Shown here: piece by piece, positions 1-10,379 of the stretch
Layout: every line of letters starts with the position of its first letter
How positions within the stretch are numbered: the stretch's first letter is position 1
Origin: an uncultured SAR116 cluster alpha proteobacterium
GTDB taxonomy: Bacteria; Pseudomonadota; Alphaproteobacteria; Puniceispirillales; Marisalimonadaceae
DNA: 64,000 bases
Assembly (NCBI GenBank): GCA_902524215.1
Contig: CABZCK010000003.1
Location: 22,247-86,246 of the forward strand
Direction of reading: 5' to 3'
Made by a program: the position numbers and the translations under genes
Notes under the pieces: model-generated
The model's input: only the letters and a program-made list of their open reading frames with translations
What the model was told of the DNA's origin: nothing
Databases searched by the model: none

Positions 1-222
1 ATGCAAATATTAGATACCACTGATATATTATCAAAAATTAAAGTTCCATGTTTAATTTTAACAGGTTCAGAAGATATTGTAGTTTCTAGGGAGAAGTCAT
101 TATTTCTTTACGATAAAATAAAAAATGCTCTCCATATTGAAATTAAAGGTGTTGGGCATGCTCCTTATTGTGAAAATGCACTGGAGTTCAATGAAAAAAT
201 TAGTTCATTTTTATCAACTTAA
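1..222 (+). CDS. alpha/beta-fold hydrolase, C-terminal fragment (gene starts upstream of window)
   Basis: The frame is open from base 1. LTGSEDIVV and GVGHAPY resemble the C-terminal Asp and His catalytic segments of alpha/beta hydrolases. The TAA stop overlaps the next ATG (TAATG). Confidence 0.55.
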   Translation: MQILDTTDILSKIKVPCLILTGSEDIVVSREKSLFLYDKIKNALHIEIKGVGHAPYCENALEFNEKISSFLST

Positions 223-1442
223 TGACAGCTTTATCTTATAAACCATTTGCAATTTATTTTGTCAGCAATTCTCTATCATTACTTGGTCTATGGATGCAAA
301 AAGTAAGTATAGGCTGGCTAGCATGGAATTTAACCGAATCAACATTTTGGACAAGCTTTGTTGCATTATCTCTAATGGCACCTGCTGGCATTTTAGGTCC
401 TTTTTTTGGAGTTTGGGCTGAAAAATGGGATATGAGAAAGGCAACAATTATTTTAAAATTCTCAATGTTTTTTATTTCAATTGTGATTTTTTATTTACAA
501 TTTATTCAAGCTCATTCAATTTTTTCACTAGCTGTTTTAACCTTAATATATGGTATTTTAAGTGCTATATATCATCCTGTTAGATTAGTTTTTGTTTCAA
601 TAGTAGTAAAAAAATCTTTCTTAGGAAGCGCAATAGGTTTAAATTCGGCTTCATTTAATGCCTCGAGGGTTATTGGACCAGCTATTGCTGGTTTTCTTAT
701 GTTATATTTTGATTTACAATTAACATTTCTGGTCTCAGCTTTGTTATATTTACCAATAATATTAATACTTTTTTTTATACCATTGGAAAAACGAGATACT
801 TTTTCTTTTAGAAAAGAGACTTTTAAAAAGGATTTCTTTGAGGGTTTACGATATTCTTTAAAAAACAAAATTATAAAAATAAATTTATACATAGTTTTCA
901 TCAATGCATTATTTGTAAGAGGAGTCTTGGAAATCCAACCAACTATTGCAGGTGAAATTTTATCTGGAAGTAGTACAAGTTTATCATTAATTACTGCATC
1001 TGCAGGAATTGGAGCGTTACTTGCTTCTATTTTCCTTGGCTCTAGTAAATATTTACAAAATAATTTATCTAAAATATTTTTACCTATGATAATTTTTGGA
1101 TTTTTATCTTCATTATTCATTGGGATATTTAATGATATAGAAATCATTATTTTATTATTTTTATTTTTGGGTTTTTCTACAACTCTGATAGGAATTGGAA
1201 CACAAACATTAATTCAATTGGAAGTTTCCGAACAATTTAGGGCTCGTGTACTAACATGGTGGTCAACAATTTCATTTGGATCTTTATCTATTGGTGGTAT
1301 TTTGATTGGTTTGTTTGGTGAAATAATTCCATTAGAACTGGTTTTAATTATAACTCCAATTGTAGGGTATTTATCATATATTTATTTTCTTAGAAGATTT
1401 AATGGATCTTTTAGTCTCTCTTCGAAAAATGTAAATGCCTGA
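222..1442 (+). CDS. MFS transporter
   Basis: 406-aa ORF that is hydrophobic throughout, with about 12 helix-length segments and a central loop, typical of the major facilitator superfamily. The call is family-level only. Confidence 0.8.
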   Translation: MTALSYKPFAIYFVSNSLSLLGLWMQKVSIGWLAWNLTESTFWTSFVALSLMAPAGILGPFFGVWAEKWDMRKATIILKFSMFFISIVIFYLQFIQAHSIFSLAVLTLIYGILSAIYHPVRLVFVSIVVKKSFLGSAIGLNSASFNASRVIGPAIAGFLMLYFDLQLTFLVSALLYLPIILILFFIPLEKRDTFSFRKETFKKDFFEGLRYSLKNKIIKINLYIVFINALFVRGVLEIQPTIAGEILSGSSTSLSLITASAGIGALLASIFLGSSKYLQNNLSKIFLPMIIFGFLSSLFIGIFNDIEIIILLFLFLGFSTTLIGIGTQTLIQLEVSEQFRARVLTWWSTISFGSLSIGGILIGLFGEIIPLELVLIITPIVGYLSYIYFLRRFNGSFSLSSKNVNA

Positions 1443-2279
1443 TATTGTAATAATAATTCCTCCAATAATTGTATTGGTCAATGGATAAACATTCCAAATC
1501 GCTAAATCAATAATTATTGCCCAAATAATACCTGTATAATTATAAGGGCTTACGATTGAAGCTTCTGCCTTTTGCAAAGCAAAGGTCATTAAACTTTGAG
1601 TTATAAAAGCGCATACACCTAATAAAATTAGCAATATATAAACATCTAAAGTTGGATCTTTCCATACATAGGGTTGAAAAAAAGAGGTGGTTATTACACT
1701 TACTAACATAAAATAAAATACTGTTTTAAATGGATTTTCAGTTTCTCCAAGTATTCGCAAAAAGATAATTGTTGTTGACCACATTAATGTAGCTATTAAT
1801 GCTGTAATTGAAGCTATTTCTATATTAGTTGAAGGATCTAAGGCAATCACAACACCAGTAAATCCAAAAATTATAGCAGTCCATCTTCTCCAGCCAATTA
1901 TTTCATTTAAAAAAATTATAGCAAGAATTGAACTGAAAATAGGAACAGCCATTGAGATAACTGTGACATCTGCAATGGGTAATCTTTGAAAAGAATAAAA
2001 AAAGAAAATATTTCCAATTACTCCAGCAATTGATCTAAAAAAATGAAGAAATGGTTTTTTTGTATAAAGGAATTTTAATCCCCCTAATTTATTAATTATA
2101 GGTAATAATAAAATTATGACTATTATTCCCCTTATAAACGCAATTTGTATTGGGTTATACTCTGGCCCAATCAACTTTGCAATTGCACTCATTAAAGTAA
2201 CACTTACAACAGCAATTATCATTGCGCAAATAGCAATAAAATTATTTGAAAAACTTATTTTCAAGATTTTAGTTTTCAA
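1374..2279 (-). CDS. EamA/DMT-family transporter
   Basis: 301-aa ORF with about 10 hydrophobic helices in two duplicated halves, the typical EamA architecture. It overlaps the convergent MFS gene by 69 bp. Confidence 0.85.
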   Translation of the reverse strand: MKTKILKISFSNNFIAICAMIIAVVSVTLMSAIAKLIGPEYNPIQIAFIRGIIVIILLLPIINKLGGLKFLYTKKPFLHFFRSIAGVIGNIFFFYSFQRLPIADVTVISMAVPIFSSILAIIFLNEIIGWRRWTAIIFGFTGVVIALDPSTNIEIASITALIATLMWSTTIIFLRILGETENPFKTVFYFMLVSVITTSFFQPYVWKDPTLDVYILLILLGVCAFITQSLMTFALQKAEASIVSPYNYTGIIWAIIIDLAIWNVYPLTNTIIGGIIITISGIYIFRRETKRSIKSSKKINI

Positions 2280-3564
2280 TTCGTAATTTTAAGTTTGTCA
2301 ATTTTTTAGGTTCTCTCAAAAATAAAATACACAGAAATGAAGCTAAAAATGGATATAATGAACAAATTCTTATAGTTGAAATTGGATCTCCTAAATAGTC
2401 AATTGCAGCTGCAAAAGGTATTGGTCCAATAGATGCTCCAACAACTAAAATCATTTGTCCTGTACCTTGTATTGATCCTACATGTAATCTTCCAAAATAT
2501 CTGGCCCAAATATACCCAAATAGTGAAATACTAAAAGCATTGTTGATACCAAAAATAACAGAATATATTATTGCATTTTGTAAAGAAGATGCAAAAGTTA
2601 TCATAAGTAATGAGCATCCTGTTACTATTAAGGCTATTCCGATAATAATATGTGTTTGAAATTTATCTAACATTTTACCTATAATGGGTATAAATAATAT
2701 CATGGCAATCATCGTTGGTATAAATAATGTTGTCGCGATTTGACTTGAAAGATTAAAATATTCGTTCAAAATAGTTACTTGAAAGAAATGTAAAGCAGTT
2801 ACTAACATAGAAATAGAGAAAAAGGAAAATGCCAAAATATAAAAACTTTTTTCTTTAAGGGTTTCACTAAGATTTAGACCAATAATTTTACTTTTCGTAT
2901 TTTTCTCATTTGCAATTTTTTCAGCTCCATCAGGTAACATATTTACATCTTCTGGTTTATTTACTGCTAAAAATATCAATGGAGGCAACATAATTATCCA
3001 AGTTGAAAAACCAATAATGACCCATGCCATTCTCCACCCATAAACCTCTATGAGGTAATTCGAAATAGGAGGATGCAAACCCATAGATATTGCAAATCCA
3101 AGCCCCATTAATCCAAGGGCGAATCCTCTTTTTTTGTCAAACCATTGTGTTACAATGTTGGACGAGCAAAGCATAAGAGAGCCTTGACCAAAAAACCTTA
3201 AAAATCCAAAACCTAGTGCTAACATTAAAAAATTTGATGCAGCTCCAAATAATAAACATCCAAAACCAAGCAAAATGATAGTTGTAATTAAAACAATTCT
3301 AGGCCCAAATTTATCAACAAATTTACCCATTCGTGGAAGTAAGAAAGCAGCAACTAAAGTTGCAATCATATAAGCTGTTGATATTGAAGTACTTGATATA
3401 TTAAGTTCTTTAGTAATAATTGGAAGAAACGCACTAAATGTATGGGATTGTCCTGCTCCGCTACTGAAAATACCCAAACCACCAATTAAAACGATAATCC
3501 ACCCGTAAAACATCTTTGTATTAATTTCATTTACAGTTTTAGAGTTAATTAAAAACATTATCAA
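2269..3564 (-). CDS. MFS transporter (oxalate/formate antiporter-like)
   Basis: 431-aa ORF with 12 predicted helices. The N-terminal FYGWIIV...G..GIFS...GQS region and the PRMGKFVDKFGPR loop resemble MFS motif A. Confidence 0.8.
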   Translation of the reverse strand: MIMFLINSKTVNEINTKMFYGWIIVLIGGLGIFSSGAGQSHTFSAFLPIITKELNISSTSISTAYMIATLVAAFLLPRMGKFVDKFGPRIVLITTIILLGFGCLLFGAASNFLMLALGFGFLRFFGQGSLMLCSSNIVTQWFDKKRGFALGLMGLGFAISMGLHPPISNYLIEVYGWRMAWVIIGFSTWIIMLPPLIFLAVNKPEDVNMLPDGAEKIANEKNTKSKIIGLNLSETLKEKSFYILAFSFFSISMLVTALHFFQVTILNEYFNLSSQIATTLFIPTMIAMILFIPIIGKMLDKFQTHIIIGIALIVTGCSLLMITFASSLQNAIIYSVIFGINNAFSISLFGYIWARYFGRLHVGSIQGTGQMILVVGASIGPIPFAAAIDYLGDPISTIRICSLYPFLASFLCILFLREPKKLTNLKLRIEN

Positions 3565-3608
3565 ATTAATTTACATGTTAATTAATTTTAAAGCAATTAA
3601 TTACAAAT

Positions 3609-4502
3609 TTAATTTTTCTTACTTGCTTTTACAAACATATTTACAGCTTCTTCAAATGTTCTGGACTCATTGTAAGTTTGTCTAGTTTCATTAGAGATTG
3701 GGGTCTTTTGAGCTAGTTTCATAATGTCAGCAGCACCTTCATGAAATTTAGGAGTCAGATTCAATGTTTTAAAAGTTTTTGCTATTTCATACATTTCACC
3801 TTCCCATCTACTTGCATCCAATGGGATTTTGGGAGTCATATTTTTCATAGCTTTTAAAATTTCAGGTTTACTAAATTCAAGCTCTTTCAAGTATTCGTCA
3901 AACAACTTAGATTTTGAAGCAGCCGTTATTGTTGCGGCATGAAGTGCAAAAGTACCTTTTGTAGCGCTAGCATAAATCATTTTAAATGCTGAGGCTTTTC
4001 CAACTTCAGAACCGAGACTTTTAACTATAATACCTTTATTATTGAGAATTTCTAATTTACTTGTATTTTTACCTGAGATATAGAGACGAGTTTTACCTTT
4101 TTCAACAATTGGATTTAAACCTATGATACCTCCGTCTAAAAATTCAAAATGTTTGTTATTAAACAGTTTTTCAATTTTTAAGCAAGTGTTTGGTGATATA
4201 GCATTACAATCAACGTATGTTATTTTTTTTTGTATATGAGATGAAAAACTAGAAACAAACTTTGCTTGTTGAAATGCTTTTTCAGGTGGAATGATGGAAA
4301 ATATTATATCAACTTCTTTTAAAAAATTTTCAAAATTATCAATATTTATAACTCTTGCCTCGTTAGCAAGTTTAAGTGTTCTTTTACTTCGACCTTTTAA
4401 AAATGTTAAAACTTTAAAATTATTTTCAACTAAAACCTTTGCAATTCCATGACCCATGTCACCAGGCATTAATACGCCAATGATTAGCTTTTTTGAAATC
4501 AC
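3609..4502 (-). CDS. NAD(P)-binding oxidoreductase, 6-phosphogluconate dehydrogenase-like (DUF1932-type C-terminus)
   Basis: 297 aa with an N-terminal Rossmann-like segment (IGVLMPGDMGHGIAKVL) and an all-helical C-terminal half as in beta-hydroxyacid dehydrogenase relatives. Confidence 0.6.
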   Translation of the reverse strand: MISKKLIIGVLMPGDMGHGIAKVLVENNFKVLTFLKGRSKRTLKLANEARVINIDNFENFLKEVDIIFSIIPPEKAFQQAKFVSSFSSHIQKKITYVDCNAISPNTCLKIEKLFNNKHFEFLDGGIIGLNPIVEKGKTRLYISGKNTSKLEILNNKGIIVKSLGSEVGKASAFKMIYASATKGTFALHAATITAASKSKLFDEYLKELEFSKPEILKAMKNMTPKIPLDASRWEGEMYEIAKTFKTLNLTPKFHEGAADIMKLAQKTPISNETRQTYNESRTFEEAVNMFVKASKKN

Positions 4503-4507
4503 TGTAA

Positions 4508-4882
4508 TTATTTATCCATAGGACCGTTATTTTTTTCCCAATCTCCAATTCCTCCAACGTTTTTTACATTACTGTAACCCATTTCGATCAGAGTTTTTCC
4601 ACTCAAAGCAGCTTGTCCACCAGCACCACATACTAATATTATCTCACTATTTTTATTTAACTTTGTATTGAAATAGGGTGTCTGATCGTCTGCAGCAAAT
4701 TCAATAAAACCACGAGGAATTTTAAGTGCATCTTTAATAGTTCCAGTTTTTTGAATATCACCACTGTCACGAACATCTATAAATATTGTTTCATCAGAAC
4801 CATGTTTTTTAATTGCATCTAATGTATCAATTTTTTCAACAATTTCGTTAGCTTCTTTTAAAAAATCTTGTGCTGTTTTCAT
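4508..4882 (-). CDS. single-domain rhodanese-like sulfurtransferase
   Basis: 124 aa with FIDVR near the N-terminus and an active-site loop CGAGGQA (PspE-like). Confidence 0.8.
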   Translation of the reverse strand: MKTAQDFLKEANEIVEKIDTLDAIKKHGSDETIFIDVRDSGDIQKTGTIKDALKIPRGFIEFAADDQTPYFNTKLNKNSEIILVCGAGGQAALSGKTLIEMGYSNVKNVGGIGDWEKNNGPMDK

Positions 4883-4905
4883 ATATTTCTCCTATTTTAT
4901 AATAA

Positions 4906-5397
4906 CTATATTATTGGACCTAAGTTTTGAGGTTGTGATACGCCTATTGTCATCCAACAATTAGTACATTTTTTACTTATATTACTTTTACTAAGAATCC
5001 ATAAAATTTTGTATCTATTTTTATTTTTTCCATCTAAAAAAACTTCTACCTTTGCCTCAGTTTGATTTTTAGAAATTAATTTAGTTTCGAAAAACAGTGA
5101 TCCTAGTAGTACATCATAAGGGTTTGATCTAATCATTGAAATAAATCTACCTAGTGGGCCTGTATATTTTTTATTTTCTGGGTGGGCAAATAACCAACAC
5201 TGATAAATGCCTTTATTATCATTAGAATTACCCTGAAGTGAAGTTAATTGTATATCTACAACTTCTAGCGGGCTGAACTTATCATTTGGTCTAATTTCAG
5301 CAAATAAAAGGCTTTTAAAATTTAAAATAAACAATGAGCACAGTACGAGTGTTAATGTTGTAATTTTTAGCCTCTTTAAATAACTGGATTTATGCAT
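4906..5397 (-). CDS. secreted protein of unknown function (DUF4864-like by recollection)
   Basis: 163 aa with an N-terminal signal-like hydrophobic segment. The pattern CWLFAHPENKK...F..MIRSNPYDVLL...W.TIGV resembles the DUF4864 family. Confidence 0.45.
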   Translation of the reverse strand: MHKSSYLKRLKITTLTLVLCSLFILNFKSLLFAEIRPNDKFSPLEVVDIQLTSLQGNSNDNKGIYQCWLFAHPENKKYTGPLGRFISMIRSNPYDVLLGSLFFETKLISKNQTEAKVEVFLDGKNKNRYKILWILSKSNISKKCTNCWMTIGVSQPQNLGPII

Positions 5398-5441
5398 ATT
5401 TATACCGTAATCACTAAAATTATTTTTTAAAGAGGAATAAA

Positions 5442-5918
5442 ATGTATTTTTTAAAATTATTTACCGTATCTGTTTTTTTAATTATAAATTCAAACAATGT
5501 TTTTTCGGCAGGATCAAGCTCAGATTCAAATAACGCCAAAAATAAATCATTAGCATATTTATCTGCTGAAAAACTTATAAATAAAAAACAATATTCTGAT
5601 GCTATTGTAAAGTTAAATGACGCATTGGCGACTGATAGCAAAAATGCAGATATATATAATTATTTAGGATTTTCTCATAGAAAATTAGGTAAAATGGAAG
5701 ATGCTGCTTTTTTTTATAATAAAGCGCTTGAAATAAATCCTAAGCATAAAGGTGCTCTTGAGTATCAAGGAGAAATGTTTTTAACTCTAAATAAAATAGG
5801 AAAAGCTGAAGAAAATTTAAAAAAATTAGATAAAATTTGCTTTCTTGGATGTTCTGAGTTTGATAAACTTAAAAAATCAATTATGGATAAAAAATCAGGT
5901 AAAAAGAGTTCTTACTAA
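5442..5918 (+). CDS. secreted tetratricopeptide-repeat protein
   Basis: 158 aa with a signal peptide ending in VFSAG. TPR-like repeats are present (AIVKLNDALATDSKNADIYNYLGFSHRKLGKMEDAAFFYNKALEINPKH). An AGAGGA Shine-Dalgarno sequence lies upstream. Confidence 0.7.
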   Translation: MYFLKLFTVSVFLIINSNNVFSAGSSSDSNNAKNKSLAYLSAEKLINKKQYSDAIVKLNDALATDSKNADIYNYLGFSHRKLGKMEDAAFFYNKALEINPKHKGALEYQGEMFLTLNKIGKAEENLKKLDKICFLGCSEFDKLKKSIMDKKSGKKSSY

Positions 5919-5920
5919 AA

Positions 5921-6760
5921 ATGGTAAACTTCACGCAAATAACTGTAAAAGATATTGCTAAAGAAGTTAAGGATAATTGCTTACTTGGTATACCTGCTGA
6001 TTATTCTGGCGTTCCGATGTCAGTTACAATTGAAATAATCAAAAATAAAACCAAAGGGTTGAGGTTATATTGCTTACCACTAACTACAATTCAAGGAGAT
6101 ATGTTAATTGGATCTGGCTGTGTAAACGAAATTGAGACTGCAGCTGTTACCTTAGGAGAGTATGGCCAAGCTCCTAGGTTTCAAGATGCAATTGAAAATA
6201 GTAAGATTAATATTAAAGATTCTACTTGTCCTGCGTTACATGCACAACTTCAAGCTACTGAAAAATCTGTTCCTTTTATGCCATTGAGAGGGATTTTAGG
6301 TTCAGATTTGTATAAGAACAGAAATGATTGGTCTGTGATTGACAATCCAATGAATAACTCTAATACCAATGATGAAAAAATTGTTATTTTACCAGCTGTA
6401 CAATTAGACATTCTCATTTTTCATGCTAGTAAAGCTGATATTAATGGAAATGTACAAATTGGAAGAAGAAGAGAATTGGCTACATTAGCACATGCTTCAA
6501 AAAAAGTATATGTTACAGTAGAAGAAATTGTAGATGAAGATTTTTTTGATTCCGAACTTAAGGCTGCTGCTACTTTACCATCTTTGTATGTTGACGGCAT
6601 ATCATTGGCTAAAAATGGTGCGTGGCCATGTGGATTAACAGACTATTATGATATAGATACTAATGAGATGAGCAAGTATGCTAAGGCAGCAAAGTACCAA
6701 GAAACATTTGATGAATATATGAGAGATTTTATTTCACAAAATAATTATTCAAATTTTTGA
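5921..6760 (+). CDS. CoA-transferase, subunit A-like (glutaconate/3-oxoacid CoA-transferase family)
   Basis: 279 aa. The segment CLPLTT..GDMLIGSGCV...ETAAVTLGEYG and the pairing with a B-like subunit match family I CoA-transferase alpha subunits. Confidence 0.6.
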   Translation: MVNFTQITVKDIAKEVKDNCLLGIPADYSGVPMSVTIEIIKNKTKGLRLYCLPLTTIQGDMLIGSGCVNEIETAAVTLGEYGQAPRFQDAIENSKINIKDSTCPALHAQLQATEKSVPFMPLRGILGSDLYKNRNDWSVIDNPMNNSNTNDEKIVILPAVQLDILIFHASKADINGNVQIGRRRELATLAHASKKVYVTVEEIVDEDFFDSELKAAATLPSLYVDGISLAKNGAWPCGLTDYYDIDTNEMSKYAKAAKYQETFDEYMRDFISQNNYSNF

Positions 6761-7503
6761 TCCAAGTGACTGAAATTTTTCAATCTGAAATTATAATAAG
6801 TGAAATATCTAATTTATTAAAAGATGACAAACATGTAGCAATTGGTGCAGCTTCTCCAATACCTGGTTCAGCGGCTCTTTTAGCTCAAGAGGAAAGAAAA
6901 AATACTAATTTAAAATTACAAGTAACAATTTTGCATTCTCAAAAATTTAATAATTTTACGGATGGCTCTAGGGAATTGTTTGATGCATCTGCTCAGGGAA
7001 GAATAGATACTTTCTTTTTAGGAGGAGTTCAAATAGATGGTGAAGCTAACATAAATTTAGTTGGAACTGGTCGTTACCCAAAATTAGATAAACGTTTTTC
7101 AGGATCGTTTGGTTCAGCATTAATGTATTTTGTAGTCCCCAAAATTATTCTATTTCGTGAAGAACATACTCCCAGAACATTAGTAAAAAAAGTTGATTTC
7201 ATTTCTGCACCTGGCATTTCACCACCTAACATATATAGGCCAGGTGGTCCCAAATACTTAATCACAAATAAAGCTTTATTTAGTTTTAACAAAAAAAAGA
7301 AAAGTTTTAAAATTGAAAAAATAAATCCAGAATTTACATTAGACGAGGTAATTAAAAGTACAGGTTTTGAATTTAAAACTAATAAAAATTTAAAATATTT
7401 TACCATGCCCTCTCAAAAAAGAATTGATATTTTACGAAATTTGATTGCTCCTAAAGTATTAAATTTTTATCCACAGTTCGCAAAAAAATTATGGTTTAAC
7501 TAG
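6757..7503 (+). CDS. CoA-transferase, subunit B-like
   Basis: 248 aa with a TTG start overlapping the subunit A stop (TTGA). GAASPIPGSAALLAQ and FLGGVQIDGEANINLVG resemble beta subunits of family I CoA-transferases. Confidence 0.55.
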   Translation: MIQVTEIFQSEIIISEISNLLKDDKHVAIGAASPIPGSAALLAQEERKNTNLKLQVTILHSQKFNNFTDGSRELFDASAQGRIDTFFLGGVQIDGEANINLVGTGRYPKLDKRFSGSFGSALMYFVVPKIILFREEHTPRTLVKKVDFISAPGISPPNIYRPGGPKYLITNKALFSFNKKKKSFKIEKINPEFTLDEVIKSTGFEFKTNKNLKYFTMPSQKRIDILRNLIAPKVLNFYPQFAKKLWFN

Positions 7504-8380
7504 TTTTTCTTAAAATCATTTCCCTATAAGCGAGATAACAAGTGGAACTAAGTATAATTATTCCACCAATCCATAAAGTTATTTCAGGCGTTTCATTAAA
7601 AATTGTGTAGCTAAGTAAAGCTGACCAAATTAACCTTAAAAAATCAAATGGTAAAAGCATAGCAACCTCTGCTCTTTTAAATGAACTGTTCATTAAAGTT
7701 TGTGCAAATGTTCCTGTAAGTGAAATAAATAAAAAAAATAAAATATGTATTAATGTTGGTAAAGTCCAAACTGGCAATGCTAGAAATAACGTGGCAGGAA
7801 TTAGACCAACACCAGCATATAAAGATATTGTATATACTGAATCTGTAATAGTTAATCTCTTAATAATGATGAGACAAATTGACCAAAGTAAAGATGAGAG
7901 GATTACCATTAGGGATCCTATTTCAATAGTGATATCTGGTCTTAGGACTATAAGTGTCCCAATAAATCCTATTATCAAAGCTGTTATTCTTCGAATCCTG
8001 ATTATTTCTTTCAGAAATAATACTGAAAAAATTGTTGTAAAAATTGGAACTGTAAAACCTAGAGCAGTAGTTTCTGCTAAATTAATTTTACTTAAACCAT
8101 AAAAAAAACAGAGTAGCGCGATTGAATTTAATCCTATCCTATAAATTTGTAATTTTGGATTTTTAGTAATTAAAATCGATTTTCCTTGATAAAATATCAT
8201 TGGACTCAAAATCACAATAACAAATGCACATCTAAAAAATGCAATTTCAAAAGGATGTATTTCCTCAGAAATATATTTGACAGCTGCATGCATTATAACA
8301 AAACAAAATCCTGACAATATCATGTAGGTTATTGCTACAAAACCATCAGATTTTGCAAATTCAAATTTACTGTTTTTCAC
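7496..8380 (-). CDS. EamA/DMT-family transporter
   Basis: 294 aa with 10 hydrophobic helices and duplicated EamA halves. Confidence 0.85.
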   Translation of the reverse strand: MKNSKFEFAKSDGFVAITYMILSGFCFVIMHAAVKYISEEIHPFEIAFFRCAFVIVILSPMIFYQGKSILITKNPKLQIYRIGLNSIALLCFFYGLSKINLAETTALGFTVPIFTTIFSVLFLKEIIRIRRITALIIGFIGTLIVLRPDITIEIGSLMVILSSLLWSICLIIIKRLTITDSVYTISLYAGVGLIPATLFLALPVWTLPTLIHILFFLFISLTGTFAQTLMNSSFKRAEVAMLLPFDFLRLIWSALLSYTIFNETPEITLWIGGIIILSSTCYLAYREMILRKTS

Positions 8381-8386
8381 AAAATT

Positions 8387-10321
8387 TTATTTATTTTGTC
8401 TATTATCAATTAAATCATTTACTACTGAAGGATCAGCTAATGTTGATGTATCACCTAAATCTTGGTATTCATTAGCAGCGATTTTTCTTAAAATTCTCCT
8501 CATTATTTTACCTGAACGAGTTTTTGGTAATTGCGGAGAGAATTGTAATAAATCTGGAGTAGCTATAGGACCAATTTCTTTTCTAACCCATTTTTTTAAT
8601 TCAGCATGTAATTGATCTGATGAATCTACACCAATATTTAAAGTAATATAAGCATAAATTCCTTGTCCTTTTATATCGTGTGGATATCCAACAACTGCTG
8701 CTTCTGCAACATCAGTATGAGCAACCAAAGCTGACTCAACTTCGGCTGTACCCATTCTATGACCAGAAACGTTTATTACATCATCAACTCTTCCAGTTAT
8801 CCAATAATATCCATCTTTATCTCTACGACAACCATCACCAGAAAAATATCGTCCAGGAAATGTTTTAAAATAGGTATCAATAAATCTCTGATGATCGCCA
8901 TAGACTGACCTCATTTGACCAGGCCATGATATCTCGATACATAGATTTCCCTCAGCTTCACCATTTAACTCATTATTGTCATTATCAACTAATACTGGTT
9001 TAATACCAAAAAAGGGTTTTGTTGCAGAACCCGGCTTTGCATCTATTGCTCCAGGAAGTGGAGTAATAAGTATTCCTCCAGTTTCTGTTTGCCACCATGT
9101 ATCAACGATAGGACATCTTTTATCACCTACAATTTCATTATACCAATTCCATGCTTCTGGATTTATAGGCTCTCCAACTGTACCTAAAATTCTTAAACTA
9201 CCTCTGTTTGTTTTTTTTACTGGAGCCTCTCCTTCAGCCATTAATGCTCGAAGTGCTGTAGGAGCTGTATAAAAAATATTTACTTCATGTTTATCTACAA
9301 CTTCCCAAAATCTACTAGAAGTTGGATAATTTGGAACACCTTCAAACATTAGAGTGGTAGCACAATTTGATAAAGGTCCATAAATTATATATGAATGTCC
9401 AGTAACCCATCCAACATCTGCTGTACACCAGTAAACTTCATTTGGTTTATAATCAAAAATATATTCATGAGTAATAGATGTGTAAACCATATAACCGCCA
9501 GTTGTATGCATTACACCTTTTGGCTTTCCTGTAGAACCAGATGTATATAGTATAAACATTGGATCTTCAGCATTCATTTCTTCAGGTTCACAAGTTTCCG
9601 CAACTTCTTCAAACAACTCATGATACCAAAAATCTCTGTTATTAATCCAATTGATATCACCATTTGTTCTTTTAATAACAAGACATTTTTTACATGAAGA
9701 TGCTTTTTTTAATGCTTCATCAGTGTTTTGTTTTAAAGGGATTGTCTTACCACCTCTAATACCTTCGTCAGCAGTTATGATCAAATTTGAATTACAATCT
9801 TCAATTCTTCCTGCAAGAGCTTCTGGTGAAAACCCTCCAAAAACAACGGAATGGATAGCTCCTATCCTAGTACAAGCTAACATAGCATAAGCTGCTTCTG
9901 GTATCATTGGCATATAGATTGTAATCCTGTCACCTTTTCTAGCGCCTAATTTTTTTAAAACATTAGCGAACTTACAAACATTTTTATATAGTTCGTTATA
10001 TGTTATTGATTTTTGTTCATCTGGGTTGTCACCTTCCCATATAATTGCAGTTTTATTACCATTATTTTTTAGGTGCCTATCAATGCAATTATAGCTGGCA
10101 TTTAATGTTCCATCTTCAAACCATCTTATATATAAGTTTTTCTGGTCATATGAAAAATCTCTTACTTTTTCATAATTTTTAATCCAATCAATTCGTTTTC
10201 CATGTTCACCCCAAAATTTAATTGGATTTGAAATTGATTCCTTATACATTTCTTCATATTTCAATTTATTAATGTGAGCATTTTCTACAATTTTATTACT
10301 TGGTTTATACAAATCGTCCAT
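8387..10321 (-). CDS. acs: acetyl-CoA synthetase (AMP-forming)
   Basis: 644 aa with [11 protein letters not shown], the WWQTETGG hinge, and [11 protein letters not shown] at the C-terminus. It matches Acs in length and in its N-terminal region. Confidence 0.95.
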   Translation of the reverse strand: MDDLYKPSNKIVENAHINKLKYEEMYKESISNPIKFWGEHGKRIDWIKNYEKVRDFSYDQKNLYIRWFEDGTLNASYNCIDRHLKNNGNKTAIIWEGDNPDEQKSITYNELYKNVCKFANVLKKLGARKGDRITIYMPMIPEAAYAMLACTRIGAIHSVVFGGFSPEALAGRIEDCNSNLIITADEGIRGGKTIPLKQNTDEALKKASSCKKCLVIKRTNGDINWINNRDFWYHELFEEVAETCEPEEMNAEDPMFILYTSGSTGKPKGVMHTTGGYMVYTSITHEYIFDYKPNEVYWCTADVGWVTGHSYIIYGPLSNCATTLMFEGVPNYPTSSRFWEVVDKHEVNIFYTAPTALRALMAEGEAPVKKTNRGSLRILGTVGEPINPEAWNWYNEIVGDKRCPIVDTWWQTETGGILITPLPGAIDAKPGSATKPFFGIKPVLVDNDNNELNGEAEGNLCIEISWPGQMRSVYGDHQRFIDTYFKTFPGRYFSGDGCRRDKDGYYWITGRVDDVINVSGHRMGTAEVESALVAHTDVAEAAVVGYPHDIKGQGIYAYITLNIGVDSSDQLHAELKKWVRKEIGPIATPDLLQFSPQLPKTRSGKIMRRILRKIAANEYQDLGDTSTLADPSVVNDLIDNRQNK

Positions 10322-10379
10322 TGTTTTACCTTTAAAATTATTTTTCTAACTTACTGATACATTATAATATAATAAATTT

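Noticed and set aside
572-1147. 191-aa antisense ORF inside the MFS transporter gene, unusually long for an AT-rich genome
   Set aside because: It lies entirely within, and antisense to, a gene with a coherent 12-helix transporter translation. Its own product is low-complexity and Lys/Ile/Asn-rich with no motif, so it is a typical shadow ORF.
5420-5641. 73-aa minus-strand ORF overlapping the start of the TPR gene
   Set aside because: The plus-strand ORF has a Shine-Dalgarno sequence, a signal peptide and TPR repeats. The minus-strand ORF has none of these.
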